Assembly (NCBI GenBank): GCA_028716485.1
Contig: JAQUPS010000005.1
Coordinates: 3,666 to 67,665, forward strand
From: Patescibacteria group bacterium
Lineage (GTDB): Bacteria; Patescibacteriota; Patescibacteriia; Patescibacteriales; WJLG01
Reading direction: 5' to 3'
DNA: 64,000 bases
Below the pieces are notes generated by a model. It was not told the DNA's origin. It did no database searches and was given only the letters and a program-made list of their open reading frames with translations. A program made the translations under genes and the position numbers. Below, in pieces: positions 17,426-27,400 of this stretch (position 1 is its first letter; each line of letters opens with the position of its first letter).

Positions 17426-17449
17426 GCACCGTTTTAACGGCGCTTTTTT
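17426..17449 (+). terminator. intrinsic terminator
   Basis: The stem GCACCGT/ACGGCGC has one mismatch and a TTTA loop, and is followed by T6. Confidence 0.6.
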
Positions 17450-17524
17450 AGTAAAAAGTCCCTTTCCGGGAGGGGACTGATATATAAATTAAAAAATTTA
17501 AAATAATATAATTTAAAAAATAAT

Positions 17525-18913
17525 ATGTCCAAGCAAAAAAATCCACTTAAATTAATAATCACCGGCGGACTGACCGTGGCTATTTCGGTTTTGATTATTA
17601 TTTCCATTGTCAGAGCCTCAGGCTATGGTTCGTTGACGCCTTCGGGCACTCCGACAGCAACTGGTTATACGCTGGCTGATATTTATAACCGCCTCAACAG
17701 CAACACCCCGGCCGTTGCCGGCAACCATACCTTTACCGCCGGCGCCACCTCAAGTAATGGTTTTTATACTTTGGTTGATGTTTACGACAAAATCCCCACC
17801 ATTAATCCGTCCAATCTGCTAAGCAGTACGACCTATCTGGGCGTGACCGGTAATATCGCCATCAGGGGAGCTTTTGGCTTGAAGGGCAGTACTACCGATC
17901 AATCAGTCGCGGCCGGCTATTACAGCGGCGGCACCCTGTCCGGCAGCGCGACTTTAATCCCCGGCAATATTAAAAATGGCGTTAATATTTTCGGCACCAT
18001 CGGCAATTACACCGCCGGCGGGTATGTATATGGGGATAATGATCCGGCCAAAGTTCTTACTGCGGCTACCAGCAATCTCGGCGCGAGTTCGTATCTTGCC
18101 GATAATCTTGCTGTCGGCAAGGTAAAGTATGGTACGACATTCGGCATCGGTCCCCAGACCGGCACCCTTTATGGCGATACCGACGCATCCAAAGTCTGTT
18201 CGACCGCCAGCGCCGCCGGTACAGTTTCGGTAACCGCCTCGCTTGTCGCCACCTCCACCACCTACTGCGGCGTGACCGGAACTTTGTTAGGCCATCTTTT
18301 TAACGGCACTTGCTTTAATTCGCATTTTTGTACCGTCGGCACGGAGTATCTGGGCGGTTCCCAAGCCAATGGCGGAGTCGACGACTACAATTATGGCGCG
18401 GCCATGCCCGTAGGCGCTTATTCTGCAAACTGGACAAAATGTACTGCCAATAATTCTTATTGCGGAACCAATGATTCTTTTGCTTATTCCAAAGACAATG
18501 CTACGGGTTTGATTTGGAGCAACCCTTGCGCTTCTGCCGGATGTACCACTTATTCAAGTTCTTCCCCGACGGCCTATCAATGGAATAGCAAAGGAGTAAA
18601 TAATTACTATGTTGGCTTGGGAACGGCCGGCTCCAGCACCGCTTCTCAATTATGCTCAAATGATGTGAACGCAGTAACTGGCGGCGGCTTTCATATGGGC
18701 GGCTGGTTTTTGCCCCATCAGAAACAGTTTATGATGGCATATATCGACGGCTCGTATGGAAGTTTAGAAATAGGATATACTCGCTTTTTTTGGACGGCAA
18801 CCACGGAATCGGATAGCGTCACAAGCGCGCATGATTTTAACTTAGGGGCAGGCACTGACACTCTTAATAGCAAGTCAACAGCTATTAAAGTTAGATGTGT
18901 TCGCAGTTATTAA
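17525..18913 (+). CDS. membrane-anchored surface protein with DUF1566-like C-terminus (tentative)
   Basis: N-terminal anchor LKLIITGGLTVAISVLIIISIV, a G/T/S/A-rich repetitive middle, and a Cys-rich C-terminus with GGWFLPHQKQFMMAY. Confidence 0.55.
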   Translation: MSKQKNPLKLIITGGLTVAISVLIIISIVRASGYGSLTPSGTPTATGYTLADIYNRLNSNTPAVAGNHTFTAGATSSNGFYTLVDVYDKIPTINPSNLLSSTTYLGVTGNIAIRGAFGLKGSTTDQSVAAGYYSGGTLSGSATLIPGNIKNGVNIFGTIGNYTAGGYVYGDNDPAKVLTAATSNLGASSYLADNLAVGKVKYGTTFGIGPQTGTLYGDTDASKVCSTASAAGTVSVTASLVATSTTYCGVTGTLLGHLFNGTCFNSHFCTVGTEYLGGSQANGGVDDYNYGAAMPVGAYSANWTKCTANNSYCGTNDSFAYSKDNATGLIWSNPCASAGCTTYSSSSPTAYQWNSKGVNNYYVGLGTAGSSTASQLCSNDVNAVTGGGFHMGGWFLPHQKQFMMAYIDGSYGSLEIGYTRFFWTATTESDSVTSAHDFNLGAGTDTLNSKSTAIKVRCVRSY

Positions 18914-18998
18914 TTAAGACAATGCAATTTTTATTTTTAATATTTTTAGGCAAAGCTAAATTATTATGGTTAATAACGGAGTTTTAAATATCTAAATT

Positions 18999-21900
18999 AT
19001 GATCACGCGTCATAAAACTATCCCGCGGTTAAATGTTAAGCGAATATTCTCCCGAGGCTATAAACAGCATCCATGTATTTTTTCTTTCGGGATGTTTATT
19101 GTTTTGGCGGCCATTTTTTTATCAATTATAATTACTTCGGAAATCAATACGAATCCTGTCAAAGCCGCTGGAAATTATTATTATGTCAGCACAAGCTCGG
19201 TTTCGACCGATTGGAACGCGGCACAAGATATTGCTGCTCCCTGCACCGTGGCCACGGCCTTTGCCAATGCTGCTGCCGGAGATACGGTATATTTTCGAGG
19301 CGGAACATATAATGTGCCGGCAAAAAATTCCGGAGACTGGATGTCCGGCTATTATAATGTCGCGCATTCCGGCACGGCCGGCAATCAAATTACGTTTATG
19401 GCCTATCCGGGCGAGACGCCTTTGTTCAACGGAACGTCGGGCGGCTCCGGCGATAAAGACGGCCAGAATCATTACACTTATGCCACGATTTTCAGCACTA
19501 ACTACAACAGTTATATAACTTTTGACGGATTTTCTTTCCAAGCCAACAAAGGAACAAGCTCGGCGCGCATTGTCGTAACCGGAGGTGATAACGGAAGTCT
19601 GACCCGAACAACCGGCTGCGTTGTTAAAAATTGCACCTTTAACGGCGGCACGACCGCCTATAGTTCCGGAGATAACCGGGAAGCGATTTTTGTCAGCCAG
19701 ACAAATTATTTGACCATCAGTAACTGCAAAATTTTCAGCTATATTGAAGCGGCCAATGATCACAATACGTCGGGAATCAAAACCTATCATTGCGGACACG
19801 TGAAAGTGGAAAATTGCGAAATTTACAATAATACCGTGGGAATTTTCTATAAAAGCGATACCGACGATACGATTACCCGCTATAGTTACTTTCATAATAA
19901 CTATCAGGGAATTTTAATAACGCCGGATATTTATCCGACCATGAACACTGATCGCCTTTTATTTTATCAAAACATTTTCGCCAACAATACTTATCTTGGG
20001 TTTGATCAATCCGGAGCAGGCTCTGATTATGGAACCCATGGCGATGATTATTTGTTTTTCAACAACACATTCTATAATAATGGTACTTATGGCCTTATTT
20101 TAGGGTATACTGATCCGGGCGGCTATGGCGCTGAGGTTTTTAATAATATTATCAGAGCGGGAACTTATTCGTTGGTGACGCAAGACAGAACAGGTTGGCC
20201 AAATTATCTTAAAGCAACAGATCATAACCAATGGGGGTCAACTTTCAATACTATTCGCATCGGCGACAATGTAAGAAATACCAATTACACCTCTTTATCC
20301 GCCTGGCAATCTTCCGGCCAGCTGGAAAATATCATCAATGTCGGTTGCGGCGCCAGTAAGAATCCGGGCTGTGGCGACCTCTCTTCTGATCCGCTCTTCG
20401 TCAACGGTTCGGGCAATCTTAATCTGCTCGCTGATTTCGCGCTTCCCGCCAATTCGCCGGACAAGCATGTCGGCCGGGGCGGTTTTGATATCGGCGCCTC
20501 TACTACTCTGGTCGGCGTCTATACAGTCGGAGGAATTCTGGCTGACCCGCCGGCCATTTCCGACAATCAAGCTCCGTCCGCTCCGACCAATCTGTCCGCC
20601 GCCCCGGTCGATAGCAATAGAATTAATTTGAGCTGGGTATCTTCGGCGGATAATGTCGGTATTGCCGGATACTATATTTATCGCGATGGCATAAAATTAG
20701 CCACCTCTTCTACTAATACCAAGTTTCATGATTCCGGCTTGGCCGCCTCTACGCTTTATACCTATACCGTCGCCGCTTTTGACGCGGCCGGCAATACCAG
20801 CGCCTCAAGCACTTCAGCTTCGACTTCCACCTTGGGCTATTCTGATACCGCCGCGCCATCAATCCCCACCGGTCTCACTGCCACCGGAGTTTCGACTTCG
20901 CAGATCAATCTTTCCTGGACTGCCTCGACCGACGATGTCGGCGTGGCCGGCTATCAGATTTGGCGAAGTGGCTTTTTGCTGTATATTACCGGTAATGACA
21001 ACACCAGCTATAATAACACCGGTCTATCGTCTAACACTCATTATACTTACACAGTTTTAGCTTATGACGCGGTCGGCAACCAAAGCGCCCAAAGCGCTTC
21101 GGCCGGCGCCACCACCACGGCCGCGGCCGATGTCACTCCACCAGTGATCACGGCTATCGCCACCTCGACTACCGCCGCCACGGCTGTCATTGCCTGGACT
21201 ACCAACGAATTATCCACCTCAACGGTCAGATACGGCCTAAGCTCTGCCTACGGCTCGGCCTCATCTTCAAATAATCTAGTCACTTCACACTCGGTCACTA
21301 TCCGCGGCTTGGCGCAAAACACCGTCTATCATTACCGCGTGGAGTCCACCGACGCTTCGCATAATCGCGCCACTTCCTCCGACCATCTTTTCACTACGGC
21401 GCACCAGACTTATATCTTGACTTATACCGCCGGCACTCACGGCTCGATTTCCGGAGCTTCGCCACAAACGGTTAATCAGGGCGCCAGCGGTTCGGCTGTG
21501 ACCGCCTTGCCGATTTCCGGTTATCATTTCGTGGACTGGAGCGATGGCTCGACCGCCAATCCGCGCACCGACACTAGCGTGGCGGGCAATGTTTCCGTCA
21601 CCGCCAATTTTTTAACCGATGATCCTGCATTCGGCTCGATCGACTTGACTTCCCGCTATGCCTGGATGGAAAACGCCGGCTGGCTGGATTTAGGCGCCGC
21701 GTCCGGCAGCGTCAGGGTTGCCGACTCCGGTCTTACCGGCTATGCCTGGGGAGAGAATATCGGCTGGATCAATTTCAATCCGGCATTAGGCGGAGTGGCC
21801 AACGACGGTGAGGGAAATTTATCCGGCTATGCCTGGGGAGAGAATGTGGGCTGGATTTGTTTCGGCGCTCTGTTCGGCGGCGGATTAACTATTAATTCCG

Positions 21901-24368
21901 CAGGCGACTTCACCGGCTATGCCTGGGGCGAAAACGTCGGCTGGATTGTTTTCAATTGCGCCACCACCAATTCCTGCGGCACGGTCAATTACAAAATCAA
22001 CACTGATTGGCGTCCGCAAAGCTACCGCCAGCCGCCGGTAATCACTCTTACCGGCACTTCCACCACCGCCACGACTGCCACTATCAGCTGGACGACCGAT
22101 CAGAATGCCACTTCCACCGTCAGGTATGGCACCGCCTTGCCGTATACCCTGGCTTCTTCTTCAAATTCTTTCGCCACTTCGCATTCGATCACTCTCCATG
22201 GCCTTTCTTTTAACACCACTTATCATTATCAAGCAGGTTCCAGTAATGTTTATGGCAACAAATCCACTTCTAGCGATCACACGCTTAGAACTAACATCAC
22301 AAGTTATACGTTGTCTTATGCCGCCGGAGCTCACGGATCGATTTCCGGTTCGTCGCCGCAGATTGTAAATTCAGGGGCAAATGGTTCGGCCGTCACCCCG
22401 GTTCCCGATACCGGTTATCATTTCGTTGATTGGAGCGATGCCTCCACCGCCAATCCGCGCACCGACACCTCGGTTGCTGCCAATATTTCCGTGACGGCCA
22501 ATTTTGCCATCAATACCTATACTGTAACTTTCAACAAGAACACCGGCGATACCGAAGCCAGTCCGACCACCAAGACCGCCAGCTACAATGGCAATGTCGG
22601 CACCCTGCCCACCGCCCCGACCAAAACCGGTTCTATTTTCGCCTCCTGGAACACGGCCGCCGACGGTTCCGGCACCGCGTTCAATGCGGCTACCGCCGTT
22701 ACCGCCGATCTTACAGTCTATGCTCAGTGGACGATCAACACCTACACCATCACCGCCTCCACCGGCGCTAATGGCACGGTCACTCCCTCCGGCGTTACTA
22801 CCAAGAACTACGGCGATAGCCAAGCCTACACCATCGCCACCTCCACGGCCGGCTATCACATCTCCGATATTTTAGTCGATTCGGTTTCGGTCGGCACCAG
22901 CAGCGCCACCTACACATTTACCAATATCACGGCTAACCACACCATCTCGGCCACATTCGGTATCGTTTCCACTCCGCCGGCAACTACCTACACCATCGGC
23001 GGCACAATCTCCGGCCTATCCGGCACGGTTGTTTTGCAAAACAACGGCAAAGATGACAAAACTATTTCCGCTACCGGCTCGTTCACTTTCTCCACGGCCA
23101 CCACCACTGGTTCAGGCTATTCAGTCACAGTTCTCACCAACCCCTCGGGCCAGACCTGTACTGTTTCCTCCGGCTCGGGCACAGTGTCCGGCGCCAATAT
23201 CACCGCTGTTACCGTCGCTTGCGCTGACAACACTTGCGCTACGGTTTCCCACGCCTCAACCTACAATGCCTATCCGACCTGCGGCGCGGCCAGCTGCGCT
23301 TCCGGCTATACTTTGTCCGGTTCCGGTTCAGCGGCTGTTTGCGCCGCTCAATCATCAGGAGGCGGAGGCGGCGGAAGCCCGGCCGACACAACCGCTCCCG
23401 GCATCCCGGCTAATTTCAAGGCCGCCACCTCCACCGGAAAAATAATCCTCTCCTGGATCAATCCGACCGACAGCGATTTCGCCGGCGTCAAACTCTACCG
23501 CAAGATTAATTCCGCCCCCACCGGCCAAACTGATATTTTGGCTAAATTAATTTATCAGGGCAAGGCCGTAAGTTTTGCCGACACAACCGCCACCACCAGC
23601 CAGCTCTATTATTACTCCATCTATTCTTTTGACAATCAGCCGAATTATTCCCAGCCCAAAACTATTTCCGCCCGTGTTTCGGCCAGCAATCAAACCGCGA
23701 CCTCGACCAATCCGATTTCCACCCCGGGCGATGGAAATCCGGCCCCCAATACCGGCAATAGCGGAACCAACGGCGCCATTGCCAGTCTGATCAACGCCGG
23801 CAGCGCCATCGTCAACCAAGTGACCGGTTCGGAAACCGCCGCTCTGATCGCCCAAGCCCAACCCGTTGTTCTCTCGGCAATCGAGCAGACAATTTACGCG
23901 AAAATAATCGCTTTGGCAATCAAACCTCTGGCGCAGGAATTAAAATATCTCATCGCCGATTTCATTCACCTCGGCACTCCCACCACCCTCATTCTGGGCG
24001 CGGGCGAACGGGCCGGTTCGATTTCTTCGTTCAATTCCGCTTTCGGCCATCTGCCGGCCACCGCCGCTGATTGGCAGGACGTGATTAAGATCGGTAATGG
24101 CCGCTGGCCGACCCAAAAAAGCGTTGCTGCCGAAGCCCGAGCCAAAGTTAATTTCAAGATTGTCTATGGCAGAAATCCGGACATGAATAATACGCACGAC
24201 AATGCCGCCGTTACCATCATGGCCTACGGCCTAAGGCCGGCCGCCCGGAATACCAACAGCGAAAAAGCCGCCATCAAATCTTTCCGCTTCATTTATCATC
24301 GGACTCCGGCCACGGCCCGAGAATGGGATATTGTGCGAGCGATCGCGTATTCGGGGGCGAAGAGATAA
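18999..24368 (+). CDS. giant surface protein: right-handed beta-helix + FN3 repeats + GYAWGEN[IV]GW repeats + Listeria/Bacteroides-type repeats
   Basis: 1789 aa. N-terminal anchor, then beta-helix signatures (VKNCTFNGG, ISNCKIF, VENCEIYNN). Two FN3-like units follow (APSAPTNLSA..., APSIPTGLTA...), then a duplicated ~160-aa module and a YTVTFNKNTGD...FASWNTAADGSGTAF repeat. Confidence 0.8.
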   Translation: MITRHKTIPRLNVKRIFSRGYKQHPCIFSFGMFIVLAAIFLSIIITSEINTNPVKAAGNYYYVSTSSVSTDWNAAQDIAAPCTVATAFANAAAGDTVYFRGGTYNVPAKNSGDWMSGYYNVAHSGTAGNQITFMAYPGETPLFNGTSGGSGDKDGQNHYTYATIFSTNYNSYITFDGFSFQANKGTSSARIVVTGGDNGSLTRTTGCVVKNCTFNGGTTAYSSGDNREAIFVSQTNYLTISNCKIFSYIEAANDHNTSGIKTYHCGHVKVENCEIYNNTVGIFYKSDTDDTITRYSYFHNNYQGILITPDIYPTMNTDRLLFYQNIFANNTYLGFDQSGAGSDYGTHGDDYLFFNNTFYNNGTYGLILGYTDPGGYGAEVFNNIIRAGTYSLVTQDRTGWPNYLKATDHNQWGSTFNTIRIGDNVRNTNYTSLSAWQSSGQLENIINVGCGASKNPGCGDLSSDPLFVNGSGNLNLLADFALPANSPDKHVGRGGFDIGASTTLVGVYTVGGILADPPAISDNQAPSAPTNLSAAPVDSNRINLSWVSSADNVGIAGYYIYRDGIKLATSSTNTKFHDSGLAASTLYTYTVAAFDAAGNTSASSTSASTSTLGYSDTAAPSIPTGLTATGVSTSQINLSWTASTDDVGVAGYQIWRSGFLLYITGNDNTSYNNTGLSSNTHYTYTVLAYDAVGNQSAQSASAGATTTAAADVTPPVITAIATSTTAATAVIAWTTNELSTSTVRYGLSSAYGSASSSNNLVTSHSVTIRGLAQNTVYHYRVESTDASHNRATSSDHLFTTAHQTYILTYTAGTHGSISGASPQTVNQGASGSAVTALPISGYHFVDWSDGSTANPRTDTSVAGNVSVTANFLTDDPAFGSIDLTSRYAWMENAGWLDLGAASGSVRVADSGLTGYAWGENIGWINFNPALGGVANDGEGNLSGYAWGENVGWICFGALFGGGLTINSAGDFTGYAWGENVGWIVFNCATTNSCGTVNYKINTDWRPQSYRQPPVITLTGTSTTATTATISWTTDQNATSTVRYGTALPYTLASSSNSFATSHSITLHGLSFNTTYHYQAGSSNVYGNKSTSSDHTLRTNITSYTLSYAAGAHGSISGSSPQIVNSGANGSAVTPVPDTGYHFVDWSDASTANPRTDTSVAANISVTANFAINTYTVTFNKNTGDTEASPTTKTASYNGNVGTLPTAPTKTGSIFASWNTAADGSGTAFNAATAVTADLTVYAQWTINTYTITASTGANGTVTPSGVTTKNYGDSQAYTIATSTAGYHISDILVDSVSVGTSSATYTFTNITANHTISATFGIVSTPPATTYTIGGTISGLSGTVVLQNNGKDDKTISATGSFTFSTATTTGSGYSVTVLTNPSGQTCTVSSGSGTVSGANITAVTVACADNTCATVSHASTYNAYPTCGAASCASGYTLSGSGSAAVCAAQSSGGGGGGSPADTTAPGIPANFKAATSTGKIILSWINPTDSDFAGVKLYRKINSAPTGQTDILAKLIYQGKAVSFADTTATTSQLYYYSIYSFDNQPNYSQPKTISARVSASNQTATSTNPISTPGDGNPAPNTGNSGTNGAIASLINAGSAIVNQVTGSETAALIAQAQPVVLSAIEQTIYAKIIALAIKPLAQELKYLIADFIHLGTPTTLILGAGERAGSISSFNSAFGHLPATAADWQDVIKIGNGRWPTQKSVAAEARAKVNFKIVYGRNPDMNNTHDNAAVTIMAYGLRPAARNTNSEKAAIKSFRFIYHRTPATAREWDIVRAIAYSGAKR

Positions 24369-24435
24369 TTTTAGCAGAAGCGCAAGATAAAATATAGATG
24401 ATTATTTTTAATTTTGAGATTTTCATTTTAAATTA

Positions 24436-27400
24436 ATGTTTGTCCATCTCCACAATCATACTCATTATTCTTTGCTCGACGGTCTGACCAAGATCGACGA
24501 GATGGTTAAGTATGCCAAGGAGCAGGGTTCGCCGGCCATCGCCATTACCGACCACGGCACGATGTATGGCGTGATCGAGTTTTATGAACGCTGCAAGAAA
24601 GAGGGGATTAAGCCGATCATCGGCGTGGAAACTTATCTGGCTCCCCGCGGCCGGACACTTAAGGAAACTGTGGAAGATCGCGCCAATCATCATCTTTTAT
24701 TGTTGGCTAAAAATAATGCAGGATATAAAAATCTGATCAAGCTGGTTTCGGCCGCGCATTTGGAAGGTTTTTATTATAAGCCTCGGATCGATTGGGAATT
24801 GCTGGAAAAATATCATGACGGCCTGATTGCCTGCACCGCTTGTTTGGGCGGAGAAATTCCGCACTTAATTGAGGCCGGACAAATCGACAAGGCGAGAAAA
24901 AGAATTTTGGAATACAACGAACTTTTCGGCCAGGGAAATTTTTTTCTGGAAATCCAGGACCATCCCAACCTGGAAGGCCAGGCCGAATGCAACGCGCAGA
25001 TGGTTAAATTTTCCCGCGAACTCGGTATTTCGCTGGTGGCTACCAATGATATTCATTATTTCCGCAAAGATGATGCCGAAGCGCAGGATATTTTATTATG
25101 TCTGCAGAACAAGAAAAAAGTCGAAGATGAAGATCGGATGAATATGATGGGCACGGATTTTTCCATGCGCTCCAATGAAGAAATGCTCGCCGCTTTCAAA
25201 GATATTCCGGAAGCAACGGCCAACACCTTGAAAATCGCCGAAATGTGCAATGTGGAAATCCCTTTGGGTCAGATTCAATTGCCTTATTTTCCCGTGCCGG
25301 CCGGTTTTGATGAAATCGGCTACTTAGAAAATTGGGCTCACGAGGGCTGCAAGAAGCGTTATGGAAAAACTTACGCGGAAATGGATAAAGCCAGGAAGGA
25401 TCGCATTGATTACGAAATTTCGGTAATCAAAAAAATGGGCTGGCCGTCATATTTTTTAATCGTTGCTGATTTTATCAATTGGGCCAAAGACTCGGGAATT
25501 ATCGTCGGGCCGGGCAGAGGTTCGGCTGCCGGTTCTTTGGTTTGCTATTTGATCGGCATCACTAATCTTGATCCGCTGGATTATGATCTGCTGTTTGAAA
25601 GATTCTTGAATCCGGAGCGCATTTCCATGCCCGATATCGATACGGATTTTGCCGATACCGGCCGCGACGCGGTAATCCGTTATGTGGAAGGAAAATACGG
25701 CAAGGATCATGTTTCGCAGATCATCACTTTCGGAACTATCGCCGCCCGCGCTTCGATGCGCGATGTCGGCCGCGTGCTGGATATGCCTTACGACTATTGC
25801 GATAAGCTGGCCAAGATGATTCCGCTGATGATGGATTTGTCCGAGACCTTGGAAACCGTCCAGGAATTCAAGGATATATATAATAAGGAAGCGGACGCGC
25901 GGAAAATCATCGATTATGCTTTGCGTTTGGAAGGCGTGGCGCGGCATGCCTCGACGCACGCCTGCGGAGTTTTGATCACCAAAGAGCCATTGACCGAATA
26001 CGTGCCGATCCAATACGCCTCGACTTCGGATTTGACCGTCGTGTCGCAATATTCTTTGCATCCGATCGAAGATTTGGGTTTGTTGAAAATGGATTTCTTG
26101 GGTTTGAAAAATTTGACCATCATAGAAGCGGCTTTGAAAATCATCAAACGGACGCGCGGCGTGGAATTGAAAATGGATGAGTTTCCGCTGGACGATAAAA
26201 CCGCTTATAAATTATTCCAGAACGGCGAAACCACCGGCGTGTTCCAATTCGAATCTTCGGGAATGAAAAGATATTTGAAAGAATTGAAACCGACCGTTTT
26301 TGAAGATATTATTGCCATGGTCGCGTTGTATCGGCCTGGTCCGATGGAGTGGATCCCTGATTATATTTCAGGCAAGCATGGGCGAAAACGGGTGCAATAT
26401 CTGCATCCGGTCTTAAAGCCGATTTTGGACAAGACTTACGGCGTGGCGATTTATCAGGAACAGGTGATGCAGATTGCCCGCGATCTGGCTGGCTTCACGA
26501 TGGGCGAAGCGGACGTCTTGCGCAAAGCCGTGGGCAAAAAAATCGCCAAGCTATTGGCCGAGCAGAAAGAAAAATTCGTCGAAGGCTGCATGAAAAAAGG
26601 CGTGCCCAAGGAATTGGGCGAGCAAGTTTTTTCTTTCATCGAACCGTTCGCCGGCTACGGCTTCAACCGGTCGCACGCCGCCTGCTACGCGATGATCGGT
26701 TATCAAACCGCTTATCTGAAAGCTCATTACCCGGCGGAATTTATGGCCGCGCTCTTAACCTCGGATCAGCAGGATATCGATCGCATCGCTATTGAAATCG
26801 AAGAATGCCGCAATATGGGGATCAAAGTTTTGTCGCCGGACATCAATGAATCATTCGCATCATTCACGGTTGTTAAAGATGAAAAAACCGGCGAAGAATT
26901 CATCCGCTTCGGATTGAATGCGGTTAAAAATGTCGGCGAGCATATTGTTGAAGTTGTCATTGAAGAAAGAAAAACTAACGGCAGATATAAAGATATTTTT
27001 GATCTGCTGGAAAGAATTGTTGACCGGGATATGAATAAAAAATCGCTGGAATCTTTAGCTAAATGCGGCGCGCTTGACCAGTTCAACGACCGCGGTTTGC
27101 TTTTAGCAAATATGGAAGCGCTGCTGGAATTCAACAAAGAAGTCAGCCGCAACAAAGATTCCAAACAGGTGAGCCTGTTCGGCAATCCGTCCGGCACAGC
27201 GCCCGGCCGGATTAAATTAGATAAATCAGCGACCGTAACGCAACAGGAAAAATTATCCTGGGAAAAAGAATTGCTCGGCCTTTATGTCAGCGCTCATCCG
27301 TTCAATGATTTCAAGAAACATCTGGATAATTTTATCGTTCCGATTGCCGGCTTGTCTTCGCATTTGAACGAAGACGCGGTCAGGACGGCCGGCGTCATCA

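Larger units (their letters stand above)
17290..17449 (+). ncRNA. candidate ~160-nt sRNA containing a (GA)n tract
   Basis: It is bounded by the promoter above and by an intrinsic terminator. There is no ORF. It contains the GCATtagtATGC hairpin and the GA repeat. Confidence 0.3.

Noticed and set aside
19073-24197. Many alternative-frame ORFs inside the giant surface-protein gene (e.g. 19122-19895, 22371-22859, 23029-23445)
   Set aside because: They are Pro/Arg/Gly-rich translations of a GC-richer repetitive gene in the wrong frame or strand. The 1789-aa frame carries coherent domain motifs.
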